44,379 nt of DNA from Escherichia phage PEC9. Below the pieces are notes generated by a model. The model had not been told where the DNA came from, did no database searches, and saw only the letters and a list, made by a program, of their open reading frames with translations. Positions 9,261 through 16,513 of this stretch are shown here, piece after piece. Each line of letters opens with the position of its first letter. Position 1 is the stretch's first letter. The DNA lies in the sequence record ON548431.1; one strand, 5' to 3'. The translations under genes and the position numbers were made by a program.

Positions 9261-9372
9261 CCCGTCCGCAGACCCCGACGAGGATTTGATGATTGACGTG
9301 AAAAATATGGAATGCGGGGCGAAGCTAAGGGCGCAGGTGCTGGAGTTGCAGCAAATAATTAAGGGGCCGTAA
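9142..9372 (+). CDS. Putative o-spanin (Rz1-like outer-membrane lipoprotein)
   Basis: Signal peptide with lipobox LMLSAC; Pro-rich mature part; overlapped arrangement with upstream gene; ATG 9142 chosen (ORF track starts at TTG 9133). Confidence 0.55.
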   Translation: MLRALTALIVVLMLSACGSSNVPLMPLTESALRPPCKFDSPSADPDEDLMIDVKNMECGAKLRAQVLELQQIIKGP

Positions 9373-9384
9373 TGGCCCCTTTTT
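9362..9384. terminator. Bidirectional rho-independent terminator between convergent genes
   Basis: AGGGGCC-GTAAT-GGCCCCT hairpin followed by TTTTT on plus strand; minus-strand gene ends at 9387. Confidence 0.5.
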
Positions 9385-9386
9385 CG

Positions 9387-10151
9387 TTAGCGCGGAATGC
9401 CGCAAATCTCGTTGAGTGTTTTCACATCCAGCGCCACCGCCGTGGATTTTGGCTTGTCCGGGTATGGGATGAATTGCTCAACTTCAGGCCATGCCTTAAT
9501 CAGCTTCTTGTCAGTATTGTGCAGGTCCAGTACACCGGTAACGGTGAGTTTGAACGCATCATACTTCGCGCGCAACTCGCGACGGGCCTTGTCGTTGCGG
9601 TCCAGGCGCTTACAGAAATCATGATCCGCCGGGAAATCTGCACGGCAGCGTGGCTTATAGATCGGCAGCGCTTTCCCGTCCTCGTCCACTTCACACACTG
9701 AAGCCAGCATAACTTCTTCAAACCCCGGTACGATATCGCCGAGATCGGGAGATAGCTTATTCATGTATTTATATTCCCAGTATCCGCGATGTACGCGGTA
9801 TTGGTGGCCGTCACCGCTCAAGGATAAGGTGCGAACATTTCCGCCTGCGTTGATTTCGAAAGTGGCGTCGTAAACGCTGCCGATACCTTTCGGGCGGTCG
9901 GTGTTATAACTATATGTCGCCTTGTTGGTGTAGACGCAGACGCCGTACATCTGCGACGGGTCATCGCTGATTGCCTCGATACGCTCGCGTAGCGCGGAGA
10001 ATGTGCGAATGCCGTCCGGCATACAGTCCAGCGTGATTGCGTACGCCAGATCGCGTGAGTCCATCATGATTGTTTTGGCTTCGGTAGCGATTTCGTGGTC
10101 GCGCAGGATGTTAGCCAGGATCTGATTTTTAATATCTTTCGTCAGTCTCAT
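9387..10151 (-). CDS. Hypothetical protein (254 aa), accessory gene inside virion module
   Basis: Minus-strand ORF with GAGGA RBS; C-terminal Cys-x16-Cys-x7-His-x2-Cys cluster suggests a zinc-binding domain; no family recognised. Confidence 0.55.
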   Translation of the reverse strand: MRLTKDIKNQILANILRDHEIATEAKTIMMDSRDLAYAITLDCMPDGIRTFSALRERIEAISDDPSQMYGVCVYTNKATYSYNTDRPKGIGSVYDATFEINAGGNVRTLSLSGDGHQYRVHRGYWEYKYMNKLSPDLGDIVPGFEEVMLASVCEVDEDGKALPIYKPRCRADFPADHDFCKRLDRNDKARRELRAKYDAFKLTVTGVLDLHNTDKKLIKAWPEVEQFIPYPDKPKSTAVALDVKTLNEICGIPR

Positions 10152-10189
10152 TTTTGTGTCCTCATGTTGGGGCTTTCGCCCCGTTTGGT

Positions 10190-10504
10190 TTAGTTAAATT
10201 TGATGTTGCCACCGGTGGAAGTTAAGCGGGCACATACAGCTTCAACGGCATCAACGCACATGAAATCGTTAAAGGCTTCGACCAGGGCGTTTATGAAAGA
10301 TGCCGGAACCAGGCCGCAAGCCGGATTATCGAATGCCGCGGAGTTGATCGCCGCTTTTGCCGCTTCAGAAGCATTCATGCTCTGGCACAGATTCAGCGCT
10401 TCCGCGTTACGCATTGCGTGAAAGGTAAAGGTATTCGCTACGGTAGCTTTATTGAAACGGGCCATTGCGGCGTCTACTGGAGTTGCTACGGTCATGTTAG
10501 TCAT
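10190..10504 (-). CDS. Hypothetical protein (104 aa), accessory gene inside virion module
   Basis: Internal ATG at 10504 with AAGGAAG RBS chosen within ORF 10190-10558; Ala-rich, no motif recognised. Confidence 0.45.
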   Translation of the reverse strand: MTNMTVATPVDAAMARFNKATVANTFTFHAMRNAEALNLCQSMNASEAAKAAINSAAFDNPACGLVPASFINALVEAFNDFMCVDAVEAVCARLTSTGGNIKFN

Positions 10505-10532
10505 TTTGTCTTCCTTCATATCTCTGTTGGTG

Positions 10533-10556
10533 TGCAACCAATATACTGCAACCAAC
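10533..10556. promoter_or_regulatory. Two direct copies of TGCAACCAAT / TGCAACCAAC in a divergent intergenic region
   Basis: Read at 10533-10542 and 10547-10556, between minus-strand start 10504 and plus-strand start 10659. Confidence 0.45.
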
Positions 10557-10576
10557 ATTCACAATGCAAGCGAATT

Positions 10577-10604
10577 TTGCGATTATTTTTATCGCTGATA
10601 ATAT
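10577..10604 (+). promoter_or_regulatory. Candidate sigma70-like promoter for scaffold/capsid genes
   Basis: TTGCGA, 16-bp spacer, TAATAT; about 55 bp upstream of ATG 10659; weak match. Confidence 0.25.
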
Positions 10605-10658
10605 TAAGGCGTGAAGTCAAGCGGGTGGCCCGCTTTGCCACAATCCCAGGGGGATAGC

Positions 10659-11363
10659 ATGAAACTTACTAAAGCAGAATATGACGCGTTGCCCGAGGGC
10701 ATGAAGGCTTTATTTGTTGCCGATGGTGATGGGTATAAATCCACGTTCATGACCGCCGAAGAAGTACAGGCGGAGATCAAGGGTCTGAAAGACAACAACG
10801 CGAAGCTGGTTAGCGAGAAGAAAGCAGAAGCCGAACGTCGCGCCGAAGCCGAGCGCCTTGCGAAAGAGAAAGAGGAAGCCGCCGCGCGCAAAAATGGCGA
10901 CCTCGAAGCGATCGATAAGTCCTGGAAAGATAAGTTCGCAAAACATGAAGCGGACACATCTGGGAAGATCGAAGCCTACCGCAAGCAGATCCACGACCTA
11001 ACCATCGGCAGCGCTGCCAAAGATTTGGCCTCGAAGCTGTTCGGTAAGAATGCAGGCATCATGCAACGCCACGTTATGGACCGCCTCACGCTGGAAGACG
11101 GCGAAGACGGCAGCCTGAAGGTGCGGGTGTTGAAGGACGGCAAACCATCCGCGCTGACTATGGAAGAACTGGAGAAAGAATTCCGTAGTAACGCCGATTT
11201 TGCATCCGTCCTGGCTGGCACGCCAGCCGGTGGTGCGCCGAGCAAACCGACGCAGGTCGTAGAAGATGTGAAGTCGAAAATCACTATGGGCCACAGCTTC
11301 GGTATCGCTGACTTGACGAAACAGGCAGGGGATATCATCGCTAAAATGGGCGACGACGAGTAA
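10659..11363 (+). CDS. Head scaffolding protein
   Basis: 234 aa, highly charged and helical (KKAEAERRAEAERLAKEKEEAAAR), directly upstream of major capsid gene; ATG 10659 with AGGGGGA RBS. Confidence 0.55.
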   Translation: MKLTKAEYDALPEGMKALFVADGDGYKSTFMTAEEVQAEIKGLKDNNAKLVSEKKAEAERRAEAERLAKEKEEAAARKNGDLEAIDKSWKDKFAKHEADTSGKIEAYRKQIHDLTIGSAAKDLASKLFGKNAGIMQRHVMDRLTLEDGEDGSLKVRVLKDGKPSALTMEELEKEFRSNADFASVLAGTPAGGAPSKPTQVVEDVKSKITMGHSFGIADLTKQAGDIIAKMGDDE

Positions 11364-11367
11364 GCAG

Positions 11368-11393
11368 ATCGCCCGCGAAAGCGGGCGATTTTG
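11368..11393 (+). terminator. Rho-independent terminator after scaffold gene
   Basis: ATCGCCCGC-GAAA-GCGGGCGAT hairpin followed by TTTG. Confidence 0.5.
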
Positions 11394-11460
11394 CGAGCGC
11401 GTAAATCTAAGGTAACATTAACGACACTGAGCGAATGCTCATAACTCAAAGGATTCTAAT

Positions 11461-12561
11461 ATGTCTTTAACAGTGTTCCAGCGTAAACTCGTCACCGCGG
11501 TTACGCAAATGATTCCCGATAACCTGAACGTGTTCAACGCTGCCGCTAACGGCGCTGTTGTTCTCGGCACGGGTGAAGTGCTGAAGGACGTTGTAGAAAA
11601 AATGTCCGTAGGCTTGATCGCCAACCTCGTTACCGACCGTAACGCCTACGCCCCTGTCGGTACTCCGGCGACCGCAAAAGTGCTGGCGCGTATGCTGACC
11701 AACTCGGTTAACCTTTCCGCGAAAGTTGGTCCGGTAGCAATCACTAAGGCCATGATGGCTAAGATCGAAACCAACGTTAACAGCGTTGCGGCTGAGATTG
11801 CGGCGCAGGCTACCCAAGCGATTATGCTGCACTACCTGAAAGCGGGTATCGGCGCAAGTAAAGCGGCTATTGAAAGCAACGCAGCGGCAAAATACACCCA
11901 ACCGGCGCGCGTTGACGGCGTGGGTGGTCGTACCTTCCCGACCCTGGCAGACTTTCCGCTGGCGGCTTCCAAGTTCGGCGATCAGGCGTCTTTGATTAAA
12001 TCCTGGTTTATGGACGGCGTTACCTGGGCGAATTTCATTGCATACCAGGCGCTCCCATCTGCCGAGCAGGTATTCGCGATCGGCGATCTGCAGGTAATGG
12101 GCGATGGCCTGGGCCGCCGTTTCATTATCTCCGATGCCGCTGCCGATGCAATGGGCGCGGGTAAAATGCTGGGCCTGGTGCCTGGCGCGGTTGCAGTTAC
12201 CACCAACGGCCTCGATATGCTGGCGCAAGAAAAAGGCGGTAACGAGAACATTGAACGCTGGTGGCAGGGCGAGTTCGACTTCAACGTGGCTGTTAAAGGC
12301 TATCGTCTGAAGGCGTCCGCTCGTACTCCGATCGAAGGTGTTCGCTCGTTCAAACTGGACGATATTACCACTTCCGCTAACTGGGAACTGGATCAGGGCC
12401 AGGTAGACAACGCACCGGCAACCGTTCAGGATGTTGGCGCTGTTGGTGACGGCGATACTAAAGGCCGTCGTAAGACCCAGGCCGCACAGGCAGTGCCGAC
12501 CCGTCACATCAAGGAAACGGCGGGCGTACTGGTTACGCTGACTGCGACCACAGCGTCCTAA
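11461..12561 (+). CDS. Major capsid protein
   Basis: 366 aa, AAGGA RBS, follows scaffold and is followed by a strong terminator; call by order and composition. Confidence 0.7.
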   Translation: MSLTVFQRKLVTAVTQMIPDNLNVFNAAANGAVVLGTGEVLKDVVEKMSVGLIANLVTDRNAYAPVGTPATAKVLARMLTNSVNLSAKVGPVAITKAMMAKIETNVNSVAAEIAAQATQAIMLHYLKAGIGASKAAIESNAAAKYTQPARVDGVGGRTFPTLADFPLAASKFGDQASLIKSWFMDGVTWANFIAYQALPSAEQVFAIGDLQVMGDGLGRRFIISDAAADAMGAGKMLGLVPGAVAVTTNGLDMLAQEKGGNENIERWWQGEFDFNVAVKGYRLKASARTPIEGVRSFKLDDITTSANWELDQGQVDNAPATVQDVGAVGDGDTKGRRKTQAAQAVPTRHIKETAGVLVTLTATTAS

Positions 12562-12576
12562 CAGGCGCACATCCCA

Positions 12577-12604
12577 AAGGGGCGGGCTTATGCCCGCCTT
12601 TTTT
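12577..12604 (+). terminator. Rho-independent terminator after capsid gene
   Basis: GGCGGGC-TTAT-GCCCGCC hairpin followed by TTTTTT. Confidence 0.6.
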
Positions 12605-12619
12605 ACAGGAGTGAATAAA

Positions 12620-13120
12620 ATGTATGGCGACCCACAAACCTTTATTGATTATGCCGCCGCGCGAGGTGTTGAAGTCACGCTGATCGATGCAACGCGACAC
12701 CTTACCGTCGTTAATGACTTCCTTAACGGCATCAACTGGATCGGAGAACCAGCGGACCAGACAGGCATCGACGCATGGCCCCGCATCAATTACCCATCTG
12801 ACGGTAAGCCGGTGCAAAACACGCTTACTGAAGATTTGGCAGTAGTTCCAGCGGGGCAAATAGTAGACTTCGCATCAATCCCCGTTGCCGTTGAGCAAGC
12901 CGTTTACCGGTTGGCGATGTTGGTGGCGGACGAGGTCGATATTTCTCCGGTTGGCAGTGGTAAGGAGACTATCCGCGAAACTGTTGGCCCGATCACGATG
13001 GAATATGACCCTGCGACGATTGGTAGCGGTGTTTCGTTCCCGTGGTGGGATGGCTTGCTGGGACACTGGATTGACACAGACGGCAACGCAGCGGGTAATT
13101 TTGACGTATTCCGGGGGTGA
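12620..13120 (+). CDS. Putative head-tail connector/adaptor protein
   Basis: 166 aa from ATG 12620 (AGGAG RBS); first gene after capsid terminator; call by position only. Confidence 0.4.
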   Translation: MYGDPQTFIDYAAARGVEVTLIDATRHLTVVNDFLNGINWIGEPADQTGIDAWPRINYPSDGKPVQNTLTEDLAVVPAGQIVDFASIPVAVEQAVYRLAMLVADEVDISPVGSGKETIRETVGPITMEYDPATIGSGVSFPWWDGLLGHWIDTDGNAAGNFDVFRG

Positions 13121-13121
13121 T

Positions 13122-13238
13122 ATGAATCCTGCATTACTGGCGGCTATTATCGCCGCAAATACTAAACGCCAACCAGAACCGGAACCAGCGCCAGAACCGG
13201 AACCACCGGTACAGGAGGATGATAATGGCGGGCTTTAA
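13122..13238 (+). CDS. Small Pro/Glu-rich protein (38 aa), below ORF-track cut-off
   Basis: ATG 13122 two nt after upstream TGA with GGGGG before it; translation MNPALLAAIIAANTKRQPEPEPAPEPEPPVQEDDNGGL. Confidence 0.3.
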   Translation: MNPALLAAIIAANTKRQPEPEPAPEPEPPVQEDDNGGL

Positions 13239-13578
13239 TTACGCTGGCTTGAAGCGGAAAGTCAATCCGCTGATTAAAAAGTTCGGAATGACGGCTACGG
13301 TGACGCGTCCTGGTACAGTCGACCGCGTAGACGGCGACGAAGTTGTCATCCCTCCGACCTCGTTTGACGTCATCGGACTTCGCGAGGAATACAAGCCAAG
13401 CGAGATCGACGGGACGCGTATCGTTGCCGGGGATGTGAAGTTTTTGTGCCAGGCAGTAAAGCCGGTGCAGGTCGGGGATTTGGTTAGCCTGAACAATACA
13501 GACTACAGGGTCATCAATCCAAACCCACTGCAACCGGCTGGAACAACCATGCTGTTTCAACTACAGCTAAGGGGTTAA
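13225..13578 (+). CDS. Putative head closure/neck protein
   Basis: 117 aa from ATG 13225 with AGGAGG RBS; call by position. Confidence 0.45.
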   Translation: MAGFNYAGLKRKVNPLIKKFGMTATVTRPGTVDRVDGDEVVIPPTSFDVIGLREEYKPSEIDGTRIVAGDVKFLCQAVKPVQVGDLVSLNNTDYRVINPNPLQPAGTTMLFQLQLRG

Positions 13579-13579
13579 C

Positions 13580-14173
13580 GTGGCTGAGGTCTACTCATTC
13601 GCCACCACTATTGCAACGTGGGTGGATAAGACGAAGGAGAACAACGACAAGGCGGTGCGTGCGTACGGTATGCAAATACTTGGACGCCTGATCGAGATCT
13701 CCCCGGTGGGCGACCCCCGCCGGTGGAAAATTAACAGGGCTTACGCGCTGGCCCGCCAGCACGCGAACAAGGTGAACGCCGCACAGCGTCGCAAGAATGG
13801 TGGCAAACTGAAGCGCGGGCAGAAGAAGCACGCCAGCGTGCTGGTATCATTCAAGACTAAAAACGGCAACGTCACGTTCCGCCAGCGTGGCTGGGCCGCG
13901 AAGAATTACACCGGCGGACGCTTCCGTGGAAACTGGCAGGTGACGTTCGACCGCCCGGCTGTCGGAGCTATTGATCGCGTGGATAAGGCAGGAACGGCAA
14001 CATTAGCAGCGGGGCGTGAAGTGCTGGCGCACTACGATTCGAGTGAATACGGGTCTATCTGGTTTACTAACAACGTGCCGTACGCGCAGCGCCTGGAGTA
14101 TGGCTGGAGTAAACAAGCGCCCGCTGGGATTGTTCGCGTAGTAGCGGCAGAAATTAATTCGAAGGTGAAATAA
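13580..14173 (+). CDS. Putative neck protein
   Basis: 197 aa, GTG start after AAGGGG; basic central region; call by position between head and tail genes. Confidence 0.45.
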   Translation: MAEVYSFATTIATWVDKTKENNDKAVRAYGMQILGRLIEISPVGDPRRWKINRAYALARQHANKVNAAQRRKNGGKLKRGQKKHASVLVSFKTKNGNVTFRQRGWAAKNYTGGRFRGNWQVTFDRPAVGAIDRVDKAGTATLAAGREVLAHYDSSEYGSIWFTNNVPYAQRLEYGWSKQAPAGIVRVVAAEINSKVK

Positions 14174-14595
14174 TGAGCAATACTCTAATACGCAAGGCGC
14201 TTAACCGCGTGGTGGAAGATTTATCAGTAAGCCTGAGCACCATCCAGCGACCGATCCTTGTTAACTGGGAGAACGTGCAAGGGGACCACGCAAACGGTAG
14301 TGGTGTCTACCTAGAGCCGTACCTACTACCGGCACCGACCCAGTTTGTGGGCTTCCAGCAAAAGGGGCGAATCTATGCTGGCGTTTATCAGGTTGCCGTG
14401 GTGTTCCCCGCGGGTACGGGCACACAGTACGCGAGCGAACTGGCGGACGCCATCGCTACGTCGGATAAGTGGCTGGCGGTAAAGATTTCCGGCGCTGCAT
14501 TCCAGCTTCAGGACGCGCCATACACCAGTTCAGTGGTTGAGGACGTTGACCGCGCCCGCATCGTGGTTACAGTCCCCTACACATGTTGCGCCTGA
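14173..14595 (+). CDS. Putative tail terminator/completion protein
   Basis: 140 aa, start overlaps previous stop; immediately upstream of major tail protein. Confidence 0.45.
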   Translation: MSNTLIRKALNRVVEDLSVSLSTIQRPILVNWENVQGDHANGSGVYLEPYLLPAPTQFVGFQQKGRIYAGVYQVAVVFPAGTGTQYASELADAIATSDKWLAVKISGAAFQLQDAPYTSSVVEDVDRARIVVTVPYTCCA

Positions 14596-14656
14596 TTTGG
14601 CACTATTCTGCGCGTGCTGTATCATTGAACCGTATATCTAAACAGGAGCGTTCATT

Positions 14657-15382
14657 ATGGGTTATCAACTTCCTAACGGGTCTAGCGTCCAGATTGGGTC
14701 CGTACTGGGCAACGGTATCGCTGTTACGGCAGCTACCAACGCCGCCGCGTCGATCTCTGATCTTACGAAAGGGTGCATTATCACCTGCGCGGCTTCTCAT
14801 GGCTTGAGAGTTGGTGACGTGGTTATGTTCACTAAAACCCCATGGGTCCGTGCGCTGAACCGCGCGTTCATCGTTGGTAAAGTGGCGACTAACGACGTTA
14901 CGCTGGCGCGCTTCGACACCTCGGACGTCACCAAATATCCTGCCGGTGCTTTTGGGGCGGGAACCCCAGGCGAAGTGGTGAAAGTGTCGAATTTTATCGA
15001 CTTCCCGTATATCACTAACGTTGCCGTGTCGGGTGGCGACCAGCAGACCACCACCTTCCAGCCGTTGCAGGTGAATACCGCGATCAGTCTGAACACCACG
15101 AAAAACCCGTTGGTCCAGACCTACACTTTCACCCACGACGAAGAAGACCCGATCCGCCCGATTCTGGAAGACCTGGACGACACACAGAAAACCACTGTGA
15201 TTAAGTTCACCAACCCGGCAGCGGCAAGCGGCAAAGGTGAGATCCGCATTTACCCGGCTAAGGTGTCTTTCCAGAAGATTCCATCGGCTGAGGTAAACAA
15301 CGTGGAGACGGTGGAGTCCACCCTCACTATGCAGTCCGATATGGTTATTTACCGTAAGGACCTGGTTGAAGCGCTGTCGTAA
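14657..15382 (+). CDS. Major tail protein
   Basis: 241 aa, AGGAG RBS, followed by terminator and then the chaperone genes. Confidence 0.6.
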   Translation: MGYQLPNGSSVQIGSVLGNGIAVTAATNAAASISDLTKGCIITCAASHGLRVGDVVMFTKTPWVRALNRAFIVGKVATNDVTLARFDTSDVTKYPAGAFGAGTPGEVVKVSNFIDFPYITNVAVSGGDQQTTTFQPLQVNTAISLNTTKNPLVQTYTFTHDEEDPIRPILEDLDDTQKTTVIKFTNPAAASGKGEIRIYPAKVSFQKIPSAEVNNVETVESTLTMQSDMVIYRKDLVEALS

Positions 15383-15412
15383 TTTGGTCGCTTAAATAGC
15401 GGGTGATAATAT

Positions 15413-15436
15413 GGGGCCAGTACGGCCCTTTTTTTT
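15413..15436 (+). terminator. Rho-independent terminator after major tail gene
   Basis: GGGGCC-N5-GGCCC hairpin followed by eight T. Confidence 0.55.
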
Positions 15437-15452
15437 ATTGGAGAATACGACA

Positions 15453-15815
15453 ATGGCTAAAGCACCACTCTTTACACTCGACCCTAAGCCGACCTTTAAG
15501 CTGCCGATTGAGATCCCGCGCCCTGGTGAGAACGAACCGGGCAAAATGACGTTTACCGTGCGCCACCGCCCTATCGACGAATTTTCGCAGACCATGCAGG
15601 ACACTGAGCGCAAATTGTCGGAGTATGACGACAATGACCCGGAAGGATTTAACGTTATGGTCGAGGCCATCATGCACGTCGCTGAAGGCTGGAATTTGCC
15701 GGACGAATTTAATGCCGCCAACGTCCGCCGCCTGGTGGTCAACTACCCGCGCGCGTTCGGCGTGTTCCATACGTCGTACTACCTCGAATTGATGGGGTTG
15801 CGTGAAAAAAACTAA
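15453..15815 (+). CDS. Tail assembly chaperone (lambda G-like)
   Basis: 120 aa from ATG 15453 (GGAG RBS); acidic; ends at a slippery A-run; sits between major tail and tape-measure genes. Confidence 0.6.
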   Translation: MAKAPLFTLDPKPTFKLPIEIPRPGENEPGKMTFTVRHRPIDEFSQTMQDTERKLSEYDDNDPEGFNVMVEAIMHVAEGWNLPDEFNAANVRRLVVNYPRAFGVFHTSYYLELMGLREKN

Positions 15816-16129
15816 TTGAGGCGGCGCGGCGCTTTTATGGCCCGCCGCCACCCTCCGAAGATTTAGCCGCGAGTTTATGGGGCGCGACACCTGAAGACGT
15901 GTGTCCTCCCGTTGCGCTGTGGCCCGACAACGCGAAGGTAGTCGCAGTCTTCACAGATTGCTCCACGCAATGGCGTACCGGATTCGGGGGCGCATACGGC
16001 ATCGACTACGGCGTACTGGAATGGCTATTTAAGATGCACGGCATCGAAAACGCGCAACGTGCGTTTAAAGATATCAAGCTAATGGAACGCGTTGCGCTGG
16101 ATGAAATGGCGCGGCAGAACCCCGCATAA
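15453..16129 (+). CDS. Tail assembly chaperone frameshift fusion (lambda GT-like), made by -1 slip near 15806-15812
   Basis: Downstream frame is open from 15806 to 16129 but has no ATG or RBS of its own (ORF track starts it at a GTG); slippery heptamer at end of the G-like gene. Confidence 0.5.
15806..15812 (+). other. Programmed -1 ribosomal frameshift slippery site A_AAA_AAC
   Basis: Zero-frame codons gaa aaa aac taa; heptamer fits the X_XXY_YYZ pattern; position matches conserved G/GT frameshift of long-tailed phages. Confidence 0.5.
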
Positions 16130-16133
16130 CGAA

Positions 16134-16450
16134 GCGGGACAGGCGGGACGTCCCGTTTTGTCCCGCCACCATTAAACTGCATATATACTCACTACCAGTG
16201 CATAAACTAAAAGCGGGACAGGGGTGCTGTCCCGATCTGTCCCGCCCCTTAAAAGTGAATAGCTAAGCGGTTTTTCTGCATAAAACAAACGGGACAAAAA
16301 ACGGGACAGACCAGGGGCGGGACAAAGCGGGACAGCACCCTGTCCCTGCCAGTGCTGCCGCGGGTTTTAGCCGATCGGGACAGGCGGGACAAAGCCCAGT
16401 CTTTCAGACTAGACGGGGGTCATTGGCCCCCCTCGTCTGAGACTGAATAA
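16134..16450. repeat. GGGACA-rich iteron-like repeat region with palindromes, ending in a 75-bp structured element
   Basis: About 14 copies of GGGACA(G/A) in both orientations; palindrome GGGACGTCCC; GGGACAG-N5-CTGTCCC units; 16290-16450 is a near-copy of 44109-44269. Confidence 0.7.
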
Positions 16451-16513
16451 GGTTTGTTTTAAATTCGCTGATACAATGACCGACGGCAACTGCATAAAAA
16501 GGGGGACTGCATA

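Noticed and set aside
11467-12570. 367-aa minus-strand ORF exactly antisense to the major capsid gene
   Set aside because: Mirror ORF of a GC-rich coding region; Arg/Cys-rich low-complexity translation, no RBS; the sense gene has strong context.
12885-13238. 117-aa ORF overlapping the connector gene
   Set aside because: Most of it overlaps the 12620-13120 gene in another frame; only the final 38 codons from ATG 13122 have start context.
15899-16129. Independent 76-aa gene starting at GTG 15899
   Set aside because: No RBS, and the frame is open back to the slippery site; better explained as the frameshift extension.
16134-16450. GGGACA repeat array considered as a CRISPR array
   Set aside because: Units are 6-8 bp, irregularly spaced, with no unique spacers of 25-40 bp.
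16376-16450. 75-bp duplicated element considered as a tRNA
   Set aside because: No cloverleaf with acceptor stem, anticodon loop or T-loop consensus could be drawn; more consistent with stacked hairpins.
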